A stretch of 64,000 nt of DNA. Origin: Puccinia triticina (Eukaryota). The stretch is taken from positions 496,001 to 560,000 of the forward strand of contig CP110440.1 in the NCBI GenBank assembly GCA_026914245.1. Direction: 5' to 3'. This document shows, piece by piece, positions 26,351 to 39,320 of the stretch. The notes under the pieces are model-generated. The model saw only the letters and a list, made by a program, of their open reading frames with translations, was not told where the DNA came from and ran no database searches. Position 1 is the first letter of the stretch, and every line of letters begins with the position of its first letter. The position numbers and the translations under genes are program-made.

Positions 26351-29300
26351 TAAGGTTCCAATCCAGTGCCCCGGAGCCGGATGTTGTCCATCCCGCACCC
26401 TGACCCTGGTCTTATCCGGAATCCGGCCGGATTTTCCCGGATCTGAAAGCATGGGGCATTTCCCAAAAAAAGTGCCAATTTGATTGGGTATGCCGGGGAT
26501 TCCCCGGTAGAGTTCCTGATTCATGCGGGTTTGACCGGTATTCCCCGAGAAAAGACACTATTTTTGGGTGTTTTCTGAGGTTTACCCGCATACACCGCGG
26601 GGCGAGTGGGGCGTCAAAGTGGCGGCATCCGTGGCGCCCCATGGACCCCGCATGTCAGATGACGCCTCAGTGCCGCGCTATGACCATATCCTCTAGGGGC
26701 GCCATTGGATACATCCACACCACGCCACAAGGTGACGCCCCATGGGCGGTAGCTCCCCTGAGGGCGTCAAAGTGACGGCCCCCTGGCGCCGGCAGGCTGG
26801 TTGTCGGCGGCCCTATGAACGCCCGGGGACCGTGCCAGGTGTGACTGGAGGGGGGGGCCCGGGGTCGACGTGAGGGCGGTGGGGCGTGGTTAAGGGGTTG
26901 TGCCCGAGGTGTCAGCGGTGGCGCAGTGGCAGATGGGACGAGGGCGTCACATGTGAGCCATGTGTGGGTCATCCAAGGTTTGTAGGCGTACGTAGCTGCG
27001 ACCCCAGGAGCTATGAATTGGGCCAATTGCCACCTAAAAGCAGGCCGCCTCGACCAGGCAGCAGTGGGCAATTGGGGATCAGCTCAAACAACACTGGGGA
27101 TGGTGGTGCGGGGGCAGCCCGCGCGGGCAACATGATGGGTGAAACTAACTCAGGATTTCATTGCATGATCAGTGAAATGACGGGAAATACAAATAGCTGT
27201 GGCTGCCTGCGCAGTGAAAAGGGTAAAGTTTGTCTAACTATGTGGTCATGACCACGGCCCGTCGGCCATAAAGAAACAACCAATAACATTTTTTTGATTG
27301 TCTGGATTGATCTCGCAAGTTGCGAGATAGAGGAGAAAATTGTTGTTGGAAATGGCGGGGAATAAAAATAGCTGTGGCCGCCTGCGCATAAAAGTTGTCT
27401 GATTATGTGGTCATGACCGCGGCCCGACAGCCGTAAAAAGGGTCAGTGGTACCTCTGGGGATGGGGCTGGGTGCGCCACCGTCGTTGTTGTCAAAAGGTG
27501 CGGTCACCCACGCCGACCATAATACGCCGGACAAGACCACAACCCTGCATTTTTCTGCCTCTGTAAGCTGGGGGGTAAGGGGAATAGTGATATGAGGATT
27601 AAACAAAAGGCATAAAATGGGAGTGAGGGGGGGGATAGGAGCTCACACTCACTGCTTCATAGAGTTGGCACTACAAACATTTATTATTTTGCCCAAAAAA
27701 AAATGGAAGTCAACATGAAAAAAATAAAACCAAAATTTCACTCAGGGGAACAAACTGAGCATGCTGAGCCAAAAAAATAAAATGTCCCAAACTGAGTAAA
27801 AATCATTGGAAAATGTTTTGGGATGGTTTTTTTTTCATGGGCCTGGCGGGCCTGGCGGGCCTGGAGCGGGCCTTGAGCGGGCTTGAGACGGGCCTGCCCC
27901 AAAAGCACATTGGGTCAGTATTAAAGGAGTTTTGCCTTGCCCTGGGAGCTTCTGGGGCTTTTGATGGGCCCAAAATCTCAACATGGGCTTTTGGTGGTCT
28001 AGAAGTATCAACCCGGGCCACTGAATAGCCCATGGGCCTTTGAATTCCCAGAAAGCCCACCATGAGCCCCCACATAGCTAATGGGCTCTTGGTAGCCCAT
28101 GAAGATCTCCATGGGCCAACAGATACCCTCATGGGCTTTTGGTGGCCCAAGAACATCTACATGGGCCAACAGATATCCTCATGGGCTTTTGGTGGTCCAA
28201 AAAGCTCCCCATGGGCTTTTTGTGGCCCAGAAAGGAAGCAAAAAGCCCATGGGATCCCATGATGAAAGTATCTGTTGGCCCATAGGGATCTTCATGGGCC
28301 ACCAAGATCCCATTAGCTATGTGGGGGCTCTGGTGGGCTTTCTGGGAATTCAAAGGCCCATGGGCTATTCAGCAGCCCGGGTTGATACTTCTAGACCACC
28401 AAAAGCCCATGTTGAGATTTTGGTCCCATCAAAAGCCCCAGAAGCTCCCAGGGCAATGCAAAACTCCTTTAATACTGACTCAATGTGCTTTTGGGGCAGG
28501 CCCGCTCAAGGCCCGCTCAAGCCCGCTCCAGGCCCGTGAAAAAAAATCATCCTAAAACATTTTCCAATGATTTTTGATCAGTTTGGGACATTTTATTTTT
28601 TTGGCTCAGCATGCTCAGTTTGTTCCCCTGAGTGAAATTTTGGTTTTATTTTTTTCATGTTGACTTTTATTTTTTTTTTGGGCAAAATAATAAATGTTTG
28701 TAGTGTGGTCCACTTCTTCTGGCGCGGGTGGGATCCCTGAGGCCTTTGTCATCACATGTAGAAAACGGGTCCCGACATAGCCATCCAGCTGCCGGCTGGG
28801 TTTGTTGAAGGTTGCTTGGTTTTGACTCTGCGCTTCACAGGGGCAGTCAGTCAGCATGAAGCACAAAAAAAATGGGTTGTGACCTACCAGGACCACTGCC
28901 GGGCTCACTGGGGGATCTGGGGCGTCGCCAAAAATTCAGGGAGGGGACCTGAGGCCATTGACTGCGCCAAACATCCTCAGCGGGCGTGGGAGAGTGCGTG
29001 ATGGCTGGAACAATGAGCCTGCATCCGCGCTTTAGTGGTGATTAATGCACCCAGTGATGGTTAGGTTTGTGATTGCTGTGCAATCCGCAGCAATTTCAAA
29101 TCTCTCTGTCCTCATAGACCTAACCGCTACACATCCGGCCATCCGGATAACTAACCTTGGTCTTGGGCATTGGCCCGTTGGGCTATCCGCCGAGCAACAT
29201 TAGCTGGTTGCCATCCCCCATGACATGATCAGGCCTTGGTTGTTAATGCAGCCATGTTTTTGCGAGTGAGGCGGGCGTGGCTTGGATCAGATCGCCCCAC

Positions 29301-30021
29301 TGGGCTGGAACACGGAGGATGAGGTCATTGTAACAGGTCCCATGGATAATGTGGCCGAGGTGAACTGTTGGCTTATCAGTCATAACTCTGGAGGGAGGAG
29401 CAACTACGGCCGGCATGGCCGGATCCGGGTGAGCGTCTCATTAGCCCAGGCTCTCCAGGGACCAAGCGCAGCATGGTGGCCGCCAGGTGTCGCCTCCAGG
29501 CTGCCACGGGCACAGGCAGCCATGATGTCTTGGGGTGTGGCCTGAGCGCATCATGGTGTCCGCCGGGGGTCGCTTCCGGGACGCCGCGGGGGCGGACAGC
29601 CATGAATTTCTCCGGGGCGTGATGGTCTCACAGCCGCCTCGGATGGGGGCGCAAGGTGGGCGACCCCGGGGCCACCCCTCGGACGCTGAGTCAATTGATG
29701 GTCTCGCCGGCGAATTGGTGCCGCTTTGAGGGCCGTGGCGCCCAGGGGGCCACCGTGGGGGCGCCACCTCGCCATGGGTCACCTGTTCGCCATGGTGGCG
29801 CAAATTGTGGTCCATGTGGCGTCTTGGGGGCTGAAGAATACGGCCGCGCGATTGTGGCGCCACAGCCTTTTCGAATTCGCCCCACGGTGTAAATCTCGCT
29901 TTTGGAGCGCTTTTCACTATCCGACCGGATTCCGGATCTCTTGAGCTCAATCCCGAACCCTGATCCGGCCTGCGGGTTTTCCGGATTTCTCCGGATCTGC
30001 GGGGTCCGGATCGGAACCTTA
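26351..30021. mobile_element. Non-autonomous hAT-like element
   Basis: TAAGGTTCC(A/G)ATCC inverted ends; ccgga-rich subtermini; imperfect 8-bp TSD GGCGGCGC / GCAGGCGC. Confidence 0.6.
27669..28705. mobile_element. CACTA (En/Spm) non-autonomous foldback element
   Basis: CACTACAAAC...GTTTGTAGTG ends; 3-bp TSD TGG; inverted arms of roughly 440 bp. Confidence 0.93.
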
Positions 30022-30624
30022 GCAGGCGCCACTCACGCGAAGCGCGACCCTCCGTCTCTTCGAGACTATGTAGGACCCTCCGGGACCCTGCTCCGCGATG
30101 GCTTTCTCAACACGTGTTTCTCTGCCTGCCTGCGCAGCCGCGCCACATCGTCATGGGTCACCTGTACGCCATAGTGGCGCAAATCGTGGTCCATGTGGCG
30201 TCTTGGGGGCTGGCCGCGCAATTGTGGCGCCACAGCCTTTTTGAATTCGCCCCACGGTGTAGGCCATGCGCCCCATTTCCGTCTTCTGGCTGCAGTCGCA
30301 GGGGTTTGTCCTGTACGGCTGTAGTCGTTTGTCTGCCCCCCTGTATTCAGAGGTTGTTTGTCCTTGTGCTTCTGTTCGAGATGCCGTTATAATGCGTCCT
30401 CTCTCGCAGCTATTGCGGCCATTCGACAGTTTCCTCTCACCTTTTGCGCGTGTCTACACTACTCGAGGACATTTCTTAAGAACATCTGCTGTCAAGCATG
30501 TGAGTCATCCGTACCAACCAACTTCACTATCAGCAACCTTGCAACAATGTCTAAAGCTTTTGCACACAGCTAGACCCCAGACGACGAAGTAAAAAACATC
30601 AATTTCGCCTCTACCTCGAAGAAA

Positions 30625-30870
30625 ATGGTCCATCCAGCAATCGCGATCACTCTGATGATGGTCTCAGTTCTCGTCATCTGCTGCACCGGTCAGCCCTTGG
30701 CATCAACTCAGCTTACCAGGCGGAACGACCCGACGACGAATAAAGTCCTCTTAAGACGAAAGATTAAACCTGTCGACATCAGCCGTGGCATCACTGGCGA
30801 GGGTAGTGCTACCACTACTGGTACTAAGAGTGATTACACAACTTTTGTATCCCGACCCCAAGCCTTCTAA
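30625..30870 (+). CDS. Small secreted peptide precursor candidate (81 aa)
   Basis: AAAATGG start context, hydrophobic signal-like N-terminus (AIAITLMMVSVLVICCTG-QP), two RR dibasic sites, unique-looking sequence. Confidence 0.6.
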   Translation: MVHPAIAITLMMVSVLVICCTGQPLASTQLTRRNDPTTNKVLLRRKIKPVDISRGITGEGSATTTGTKSDYTTFVSRPQAF

Positions 30871-32699
30871 GCTGGATTTTCTCCCCCTGTCTGATTTTCC
30901 TCTACTCAAGACACCAAGCCGATGCTCCGAAGCAGCCAAATTGTGTATCCCTACCACTGTTGTATCGTCTCTCTGCCCTTCACTTTGTGTGCCTCTGTTT
31001 CTCCATTCTTTCCACCCGCCTTCGTCTTCGCTTTGACCTTTCCCCAGAAATATTGACATCACTCTCCAAGCCTTTTACACAACAGCAGCGATTCATCTTG
31101 TTCTTCTCTTTCCCGCACCCAGGAGGAGGCTGAGTCCCCGGGGGAGTCCTCTTGTCCTCCACTTCCTGTTCTTTTCCTTTCCTTGAGAACATTGGTTTGA
31201 GTCAAATAATTTTAGTCAACAGAAATAACGAGATGTAATTATATTTCCTCTGAGCGACCATTCTTCCGGAAGATACCGGCGCTACCGAAGTCCGAAGTGA
31301 CTTCGCTTGTGTCAGAAAACGTCAGGTTCAAGACACTAGAGGTAGTTTTCCTCCAAGGATTGCAGTCCATTACTCTCTAACTTAGCTAATTCCCTCCTCG
31401 GGGGAGCAAAGCGACCACCAAAAGAGTCCAATATGCTGACACTGGTTGCTGAGATGGGCCGTGGGAAAAAATTCCTGCCCGGTCTTTGTATATCTAGAGT
31501 GACCCGGGAGTTATTTCTGTAACTCCCCAAGCCTCTCTTGGTATGGGATACTGCAAAAGGAGCTCTCTCGTCTTCTTCTTACCCTAGCTCCTAGCGGAAA
31601 AGTCTGAGCCCGAGGGGGGCGAACTGGGTGGGCAGGTGGGGCGAAATATTTCCTGCCGCGGGTCGTGCTTGTCCCAACTGATGCTCAGCTCTGGAACAGT
31701 CTTGTCCCAGCTAATGCTCAGCTCTAGCTGATGATCGGCTCTGGACCATGTCCCATAATTATTCAAACCGTGTAAGCAAAGAATTCAAAGATTACCCTTT
31801 CACCTTCTACTTTTCTCTTCTCCTATACTCTTTGTATCTAGCCTTTTTAGTGATTATACACATATAATTACTGCACTTTTGTCTGGCCTGCCCTTTAGGC
31901 AAGAGCACCGGCTGACATCCTCCCCTCAAAGACTCACCTATTCCGGTCATTAAGGAGGAACTCTTGATGAATTATCGATTCTGGTCATTGAGGCCACCTC
32001 TCAGTGTCCTCTTTGATGAAAAAAGCCGGCAATACCAGTGGTATCACCTTAAGTACTGCTGGTACCCACCAGGCAGTTCCAGGTGCCAGTTTTTTGGAAA
32101 CAAACTTTTGGGTACCGGTGGTGCAACCGGTACCCGGGTCCATTTAGGTCCATTTAATTGTCAAAATTCTATATTCAAGGCTGGTCCAGAGATGAGCATC
32201 AGCTGGGACAAGGTCCAGAGCTGATCATCAGCTGGGACAAGGTCCTAGTATTAATAGACAGATTGAGCTGCTTAATGTTAAGCTAGCCTCTTCAGATGGA
32301 ACTCTATTGGAGGTTAGATCTAAGATATCTATTGGATCTTTTGGTTGTTTTTTTTCTTTTTGGCTGATTAGCACAATAGAGATATTGCCAAAAAAACCCA
32401 GAGAATAATAGCTTAAACTGTTAAAAAAACTGAAGAAACTTCTGCCAGTTGACATGCAATATTACAAAGGCACTTTTTTCATAGTGTCATATGTATAATT
32501 TTTAAATAGTAGGAATAGGATGGTCATGAAATGAAAGGAGATAGATCTGGGATAGGGATTAGAATTTGAGCTTCAATGGAGTCTGAGTGTTTACTTGTTC
32601 TCAGAACCAAAATTCCTCAGAATCAAACACCAAGGCAAACACTCAACATGTCCAAAACTGACGCTGTGGACAACATTAGCCAACAAAACCTCAAGACAG

Positions 32700-35600
32700 C
32701 ACTGCTCTTCTTTGGTTGAAAATCACTGATTGTTACGCTTCCCAATCAATCATCAATCACGGACATGTCTTTATGAAATGGTCTGCCATTAAATATACTG
32801 GTGATCTTCAGCTTTTCATCAACACTGTTCGGAAACAACTTCGAGAAATAGAACTGGTTGGAAAGAAAATGCCTGGTGATGTTCTTTCATACAAAATTCT
32901 GGGGAAACTCATGGGTAACAAAGAGGTCAACATGATTGTTGATAAAATTGATCTCTCCAAAGAAGCAGTTGCCACCCCATACAGTTGTCTGGATGCCCTT
33001 TGATTGTTTAGAACACACACACTTTCAAAAGTGATGCACCAAGATAACGGTAAACAATCAGCTTCCGCACTTTTCACCTCCACTCCCTCAAAATTCCCTC
33101 AGAAGATCGTACACCTCTGTGCTGGTACCAAGCACAATCCCCTCTCAACATCAAATCCAGAAAGCCAATGTTACCACAAATATCCGAATCTTCAAACTCA
33201 AAAGCCAAAAAATGCTAGTGCCTCATAATTAGCCCAAGCATCTGCCTTTGTTTCATCCTCCGGAAAGCTTTCCTCAAAGACTCTTGTTATGGACACCGCA
33301 GTTACTCACCACATGCTGAGTGACCAATCTTTATTTGACAACCTCATTAATGAAAAGGTTGCAATCACTACTGGAAATCCGAACGACTCCCTCCTTGCTG
33401 AAGGACATGGTTTGGCCAAGCTATTCTCCAATGGAAAATTGATTGAATTATTGGATTGTCTCTATGCTCCTTCCATTTCCCAACAACTCATCTCCCTTGG
33501 TATTCTTTTTCCTGGAACTCTCATCATTCAGAAGAAGAATAACTTGTTTACTGTTTCCAATGGGATCAATGTGGTGTTCACCGGCCAAATCATCAATGGT
33601 CTTCTTCACTCCTTGTATTTGGCTCCCAGTGCCTTCCTTTCTCAATTGTTGTCTGCATCAAATATCTGGCACTATTGACTCGGTCATCCAAGTAACCAAG
33701 TGCTCAAAGCAATGCAACTTTTGTCATGTGATTCCATCAATTCTTGTGAAGCAAAATCGGATACGCTGGATTCCCTTGAATCACCCATTGCTTCCGTCAA
33801 AAAAATTCAAGATCAAAGAGTAAAGGAAATTGTCTCGGACAATGGAGGGGAGTTTGTTAATCAGGCCTTCAAAGATTACACCCTTGAAAAAGGAATCACT
33901 CACTTTCTATCGCCGCCATACACTCCTGAGCTGAAAGGTTTTTCTGAAAGAGCAAATAGGACAATTCTTGACAAAGCTTGATGTCTGTTATCTACCAGCA
34001 ACTTGCCAAAATCTTACTGGGGAGAAGCGGTCAACACCGCTGCCTTTCTTTCAAATCTCTTAATCACTCCTTCTCGCTCAAATAAGTCACCCTATGAGTT
34101 ATGGACCAATTCCACTACGCCACTTTGAAGGATAAAAACCTTTGGTTGTCAAGCAGTTTTCTCCATTCCAAAACACAAACGGGCCTGGAAACTTGCAGAC
34201 ACTGGTGACTTAGGAATTCTTGTTGGTTTTGAAAATGAAGGGACAATATACAGGATTGTGAGAATTAGTGATGGAAAACTCATTTGCACCAGGCATGCAC
34301 TGTTCAAAGAATCAGTCTTTCCTTCTTTATCTCAATCTAACGAAGTTCATAATTCCAGAAACAACTCTTGTCATTGAAGACATCTCAAATCCCTCATTTG
34401 ACCCCTTTGACCATGAAGAATTCCACGACTGTCCTGAACATTCAGATACCAGTTCAGAAAGCGACTCCTCCGAAGACTTACAACTGAATTCGCATCCAGA
34501 CCTTCCGGAAATTCCTTCCCCAGCAAATCCTCCCCCAGAACCATCCCTAGCAACAACGACTAACATCATACGCGGAGATATTACAGCTGACAACATCCTT
34601 AATCACCCTTGAAGACCTCGCGCCTTCGTTATGGCGACCAATGATGAGGTGCCAAAACATTTTCATCAAGCCATCAAATGCCGCGAGGCCCAACAATGGA
34701 TTGCTGCCATCAAAAAGGAACTCAATGCTATGGAAAACCTCAAGTTCTGGTTGGTCGTCAAAATCATCCCTGGGGTAAAACTGGTTGGAACAACCTGGGT
34801 CTTTTGCAAGAAAAAAGACGGATCGTGCTCCATCAAATTCAAAGCTTGATTATGCGCTCAAGGATTCTCTCAAACGTACGGCGTCGATTTTCCGAAAACA
34901 TTTGCACCCACCGGACGCCTAAATTCTCTCCAAATACTCATCTCCTTTGCTGCTGCCATGAATTGGGACATCCAACAACTCAATGTCAAAACGGCTTTCC
35001 TCAATGCAGATCTTGAGGAGAGCGTTTATCTCTCAATTCCTCAGGGTGTTTTGGCCAACAAGAAAACTCACTGCCTTCAGCTCCATAAAGCAATATATGG
35101 TCTCAAGCAGGCTCCTTTGGCTTGGTTCAATCGCCTGTCATCTTGGCTAATCAGCGCAGGTTTCTCTTGTGCTATTTCAGATCCCTGTGTCTTCTTTTGA
35201 CTCATTCCTGATCCAATTTACCTATTCATTCACATCGATGACATTGCCGTATCTGGCCCTGATGTCAAAAATTGCTATCAAAAAATAATTCAACATGAAA
35301 GATCTCGGAAAAGCCGACTTACTACTCGGAATCAAGATTCTTCATCAACCAACCGCCATTGTATTAACCCAACAACACTACGTCAATTCCATCCTCAATC
35401 TTTACGGTATGAAATCCTGTAGACCAGCTTCCACCCCTCTTGTGCCCAACTCACATCTTGGTAAAGCCTCAGAAGATGAGATAAGAGAGTTTCTCTCCCT
35501 GGGAGAAAGCTATAGAAGCGCCGTTGGAGCTCTCAGTTATCTAAGCACAGAAACTCGTCCTGACATTGCCTACGCCGTCAGCAATCTCTCTCAATTCTTG

Positions 35601-36833
35601 GAAAATCCCGGTATACAACATTGGGACGCTTTTAAACATTTGCTTCGCTATCTAAGTGGTACACCAGACTATGGCTTAATCTACACGCGCAAAACGCTCT
35701 CATCTCTTTGAGGATTCACCGACGCTGACTGGGGTAACTGTCCAGTTACTTGCCGTTCTGTGACTGGTTTTCTTGCCTTGGTCAATGGTCACCTCACTTG
35801 CTGGCAAACCAAGAAATAGCCCGTTGTATCCCTATCATCTTGCAAGGCTGAATACCAAGCTCTCACCAACTTCTCATGTGAACTCTTGTGGCTTTGACAA
35901 CTATGCATCAAACTTCAATTATTGGATTTCAACAAGCCAACTGTTGTCCATGAAGACAATCAAGGATGTATTGCTGTGGCCAATTTTGAAGCAAATACTA
36001 ACTCAAAGAAGATGAAGCACGTGGAGATTCAGCTTCACTTCATTCGCGATGTGATCAAATCTTCAAAAATTGTTCTCCAATACACTCCAACCACCGAAAT
36101 GCTTGCTGACTTCCTCACTAAGTCAGTCCCCCGCCCCACCCTCAAAAAATCTCTTCTAGCCATCGGACTTTTGCGACTAGAGGAAAGGGGGGGTGTTGAG
36201 ATTCAAACCCGCGCCCTGTATTGAGCTTGATCACATAACAGGAACCTCGACTTGCTTTCTTCCTCTAGCCTCCAAGATTCCTCACGCTTGTCCCTCAATC
36301 TCGCCGGTCTGGTAAATCTTGATCCAACATGAAAACAGCTCATTCTGCTTGCCCAACTTGGACAACCTGATCTTTTTGACTCAAACTTTATCTCCTGCAA
36401 ACTCAACACTCTCAGAATATTTAGACTCATCAACTCTTGCTCCTCATCTCTTTTCCTCCGGGGAACTCGCTCGACACATTTTCATCGCATCATCTAACAG
36501 TCTCAATTTCCTGACTGTTTGTTCCTCCAGAAGACATCAAAAACTTTTGGTCTTCAAAATCACTCACAAACTCCTCAAGACTTTTGGCACTCCCTTGATA
36601 ACATCGCATCGGTTGTATGTTGTGTTGTGTTTCTCTTTCCCTTGTTCTCCGATTGACATTTGTTTCCTTCAGTCTGCTCTTCTTTCTTCCTCCCTCATCA
36701 TCCCAATCTTTGTTGTGCTCTTCCCTTCTGTCGTGTTTGCCTTCAGGTACTTTTCCTTCTTTCTTTCTCTTTGTTTGTGTTCCTTGTTTCTCTTTGTCTG
36801 ATAAAATTGCAACCTTCAGTTTGATATTCAACA
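32700..36833 (+). mobile_element. Decayed, 5'-truncated Ty1/copia element
   Basis: Gag, PR (MDTAVTHHM), INT (SDNGGEF, SERANRT), RT (GTTWVF, AIYGLKQAP, HIDD) and RH fragments with many stops. Poly-G PPT, then 3' LTR 36194-36833 (TGTTGA..TCAACA). No 5' LTR seen. Confidence 0.9.
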
Positions 36834-37478
36834 TTAATAAGTACAAATTGTGGGTTTTGTTCTGGTATGTTCTTATTGCATACTTATATGAATGGTCAGA
36901 GCTTGCCACACCAGCGTTTTGTGCCTACTAAACCATTTTATCTGGGCTCATTGCGCCTGTGCACTGGATCTGTAATACTATTTATCTGACCCTGCTGCAC
37001 TTCCGCTCAGATTTTATAACACCAATTATTTAATCAATTTGGAACCCTTTTGGACATGTGAGATGTCTCACGGGTTGACAGAGGACCTCTTCATTACAGG
37101 AACAGCAATGACCAACCTGTTCTGGTCATCAAAAGGTCAGCCATGGTCATTGAGGGTACTCCTCTCAACAAACAGGACACACTGGTCATTGAGAGGAGTT
37201 GTTACTCCCCTCAATGATTGAACCAGGACTGTCCTTGATTAACTGTTGTCAGTCATAAAGGGCATTTCAAATCAGGCCAAGGGCCTAGGGGGGGGGGGGA
37301 ACATGTTAGTATTTTAGGACCGGTTTCAGGAGAGTGGGATATGGGTATTTGGGTTTGAGATCTGATGTGTAGATTGCAAGATGGAGAGGAATTGGGCTCC
37401 CCTGCACAGCTCTATAGGGATTAGCTGTGATATGTACATGATACTCTAGTACATGTATAGAGCCCCCATGAATCATAA

Positions 37479-37712
37479 CAACGGTGCAACAATTACAATA
37501 CACATATTGTATAGGCTATACATTGTATTGTATTTTCATGCAGATACACACAAATACAATAGATGTATTTTGTTCTGGTCTCACCAAAAAATTCCAATGA
37601 TACATGTGTACACTTTTTGGAAAAAAATACAATACAGATACATGTATTTTTAAATTTTTCCAATACAATACAGTCCAATACAATTACATGTATTGTACTT
37701 GTTGCACTGTTG
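37479..37712. mobile_element. MITE with CAAC(G/A)GTG termini and 7-bp TSD
   Basis: 24-bp TIR CAACGGTGCAACAATTACAATACA (2 mismatches); flanks ATCATAA / CTCATAA. Confidence 0.75.
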
Positions 37713-38250
37713 CTCATAACATAGGATCAGCTGACTGTGCCACATTGAGTGCTATTGTGTATTCCTGAAAGCTCTACATGTGCTGGTGGAGCAGAATTGG
37801 AGCAGACTTGGAGCAGTTCTGGAGCAGAAACCAAAGCTGCATCATGTCACTTGTCACAAGTGAATATTTTTTTCCTGGTGATGGTTTTGAAACTTCCTTT
37901 GAACAATCTTCTTAGACACACCAATAATTTGGTCACCTAAGGATTTTCTGGACTTTTCCCTGTCCTGAAAGTCCAATTGGTGCAACAGGAGCCCCAAGGA
38001 GGCCCTTGGGCCAACACGCCCCATTGACATCCTGAATAGAAATCACCACAGGGCCCAGGGGGTATTTATTACTCCCCCTCCCCATAAACTTTACAAGGTT
38101 TTAGATGCTCTATTCCCAACATAAATCAATTATGAAATATTTTATGTCCTAACAATCATTGGGTGCCCTTTGGGGGGCTGAAAAGCAGGCCTCCTGGATG
38201 GCCTCAAGTATTCTCACAGCCAATCATATTGTATTTATGTATCCCAGGAC

Positions 38251-38630
38251 AGGACCCCAGAGAGCCCCTACCAAGCCGCCTCATGTAACATGTATCCGGG
38301 GGACATTTTTTTGCAAAATGCTACTCATGTAAATCACGGGATAAGTATTTAAATTGGTTGATTCTTCCAAGATGTTCCTAATGTAGTTGGTATATTTTGG
38401 GCTTGCCTGGAAATAAAATCATCTATGCAGGTCTTGGGTTCAATTCCCGGCCAAAAAGAGGCTTTTTTTGTCTAATTTTGCCCTGTTGGGGCTTTCTCCA
38501 AAAAATCCTCCTTGTGTACTACATATCCAAACTGGGTTCAATTGGGAAAAACCCGATTTCCCCACGTATCCAAAACCCAGAATTAGCAAAAATTACATGA
38601 GGCGGCTTGGTCGGGGCTTTCCGGGGTCCT
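38251..38630. mobile_element. MITE with ~38-bp TIRs and 8(-9)-bp TSD
   Basis: AGGACCCC...CCAAGCCGCCTCATGTAA is inverted at 38593-38630; CCCAGGAC duplicated at 38243-38250 and 38631-38638. Confidence 0.8.
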
Positions 38631-39320
38631 CCCAGGACCTATTCTTTGGGTACAGAAGCCCCCCGCAAGATTTTTTTGTTACAAACATAATCATTCAAAA
38701 ATTTGTTTGTGTTGAATGAAAGTCCCTAAGAAAATTTGCAATTGTTGGCTGAATTTTCAGTTCAAGTTAACCTGTGGTTTTATTTCAGGCTAAGGTTAGC
38801 TAAATTTAGCTAAACTTAGACTTAAATCCAGCCTGAAGTTGGCTGCCCTGGGGTTTAGCTTGCACCAATTTAATTTCTGGTTGGGTTAGTTTGACAGAAA
38901 TTGGCAAGTTAACCCAAAAAATGTGAATGCTCTAACACCCTAAAATTTTTATCAATGTGGTAATGAAGAGCCACTGTGATGATTACTAAAAATAAAAATC
39001 CAAAAAACTAGCACTTTCTCCAGCGGGATTTGCCGTGCGCAAATGGATCTTCCGGAAGCGCGTACTGTGGTGGAGATACCGTGACGACGAATTCTGCATT
39101 GGAAGAAGTGCATTTCACAGTTTGCAAAGGTTAACAAAATGAAAACTGTATAACTTTGCTAATAATGAGTCTTAGGCAAGGAAGTAACAAATTTACAACG
39201 TGCTAAATACATAAGTTGTAAAATTGATAAAGACAAGGGGGCATGAAAATCACATTTTGGCCGCGTGAGCTTGCGGCGATATGCTGCAAGTCCCCCCGGA
39301 CGGTGTCTTGCTTTTCCAAT

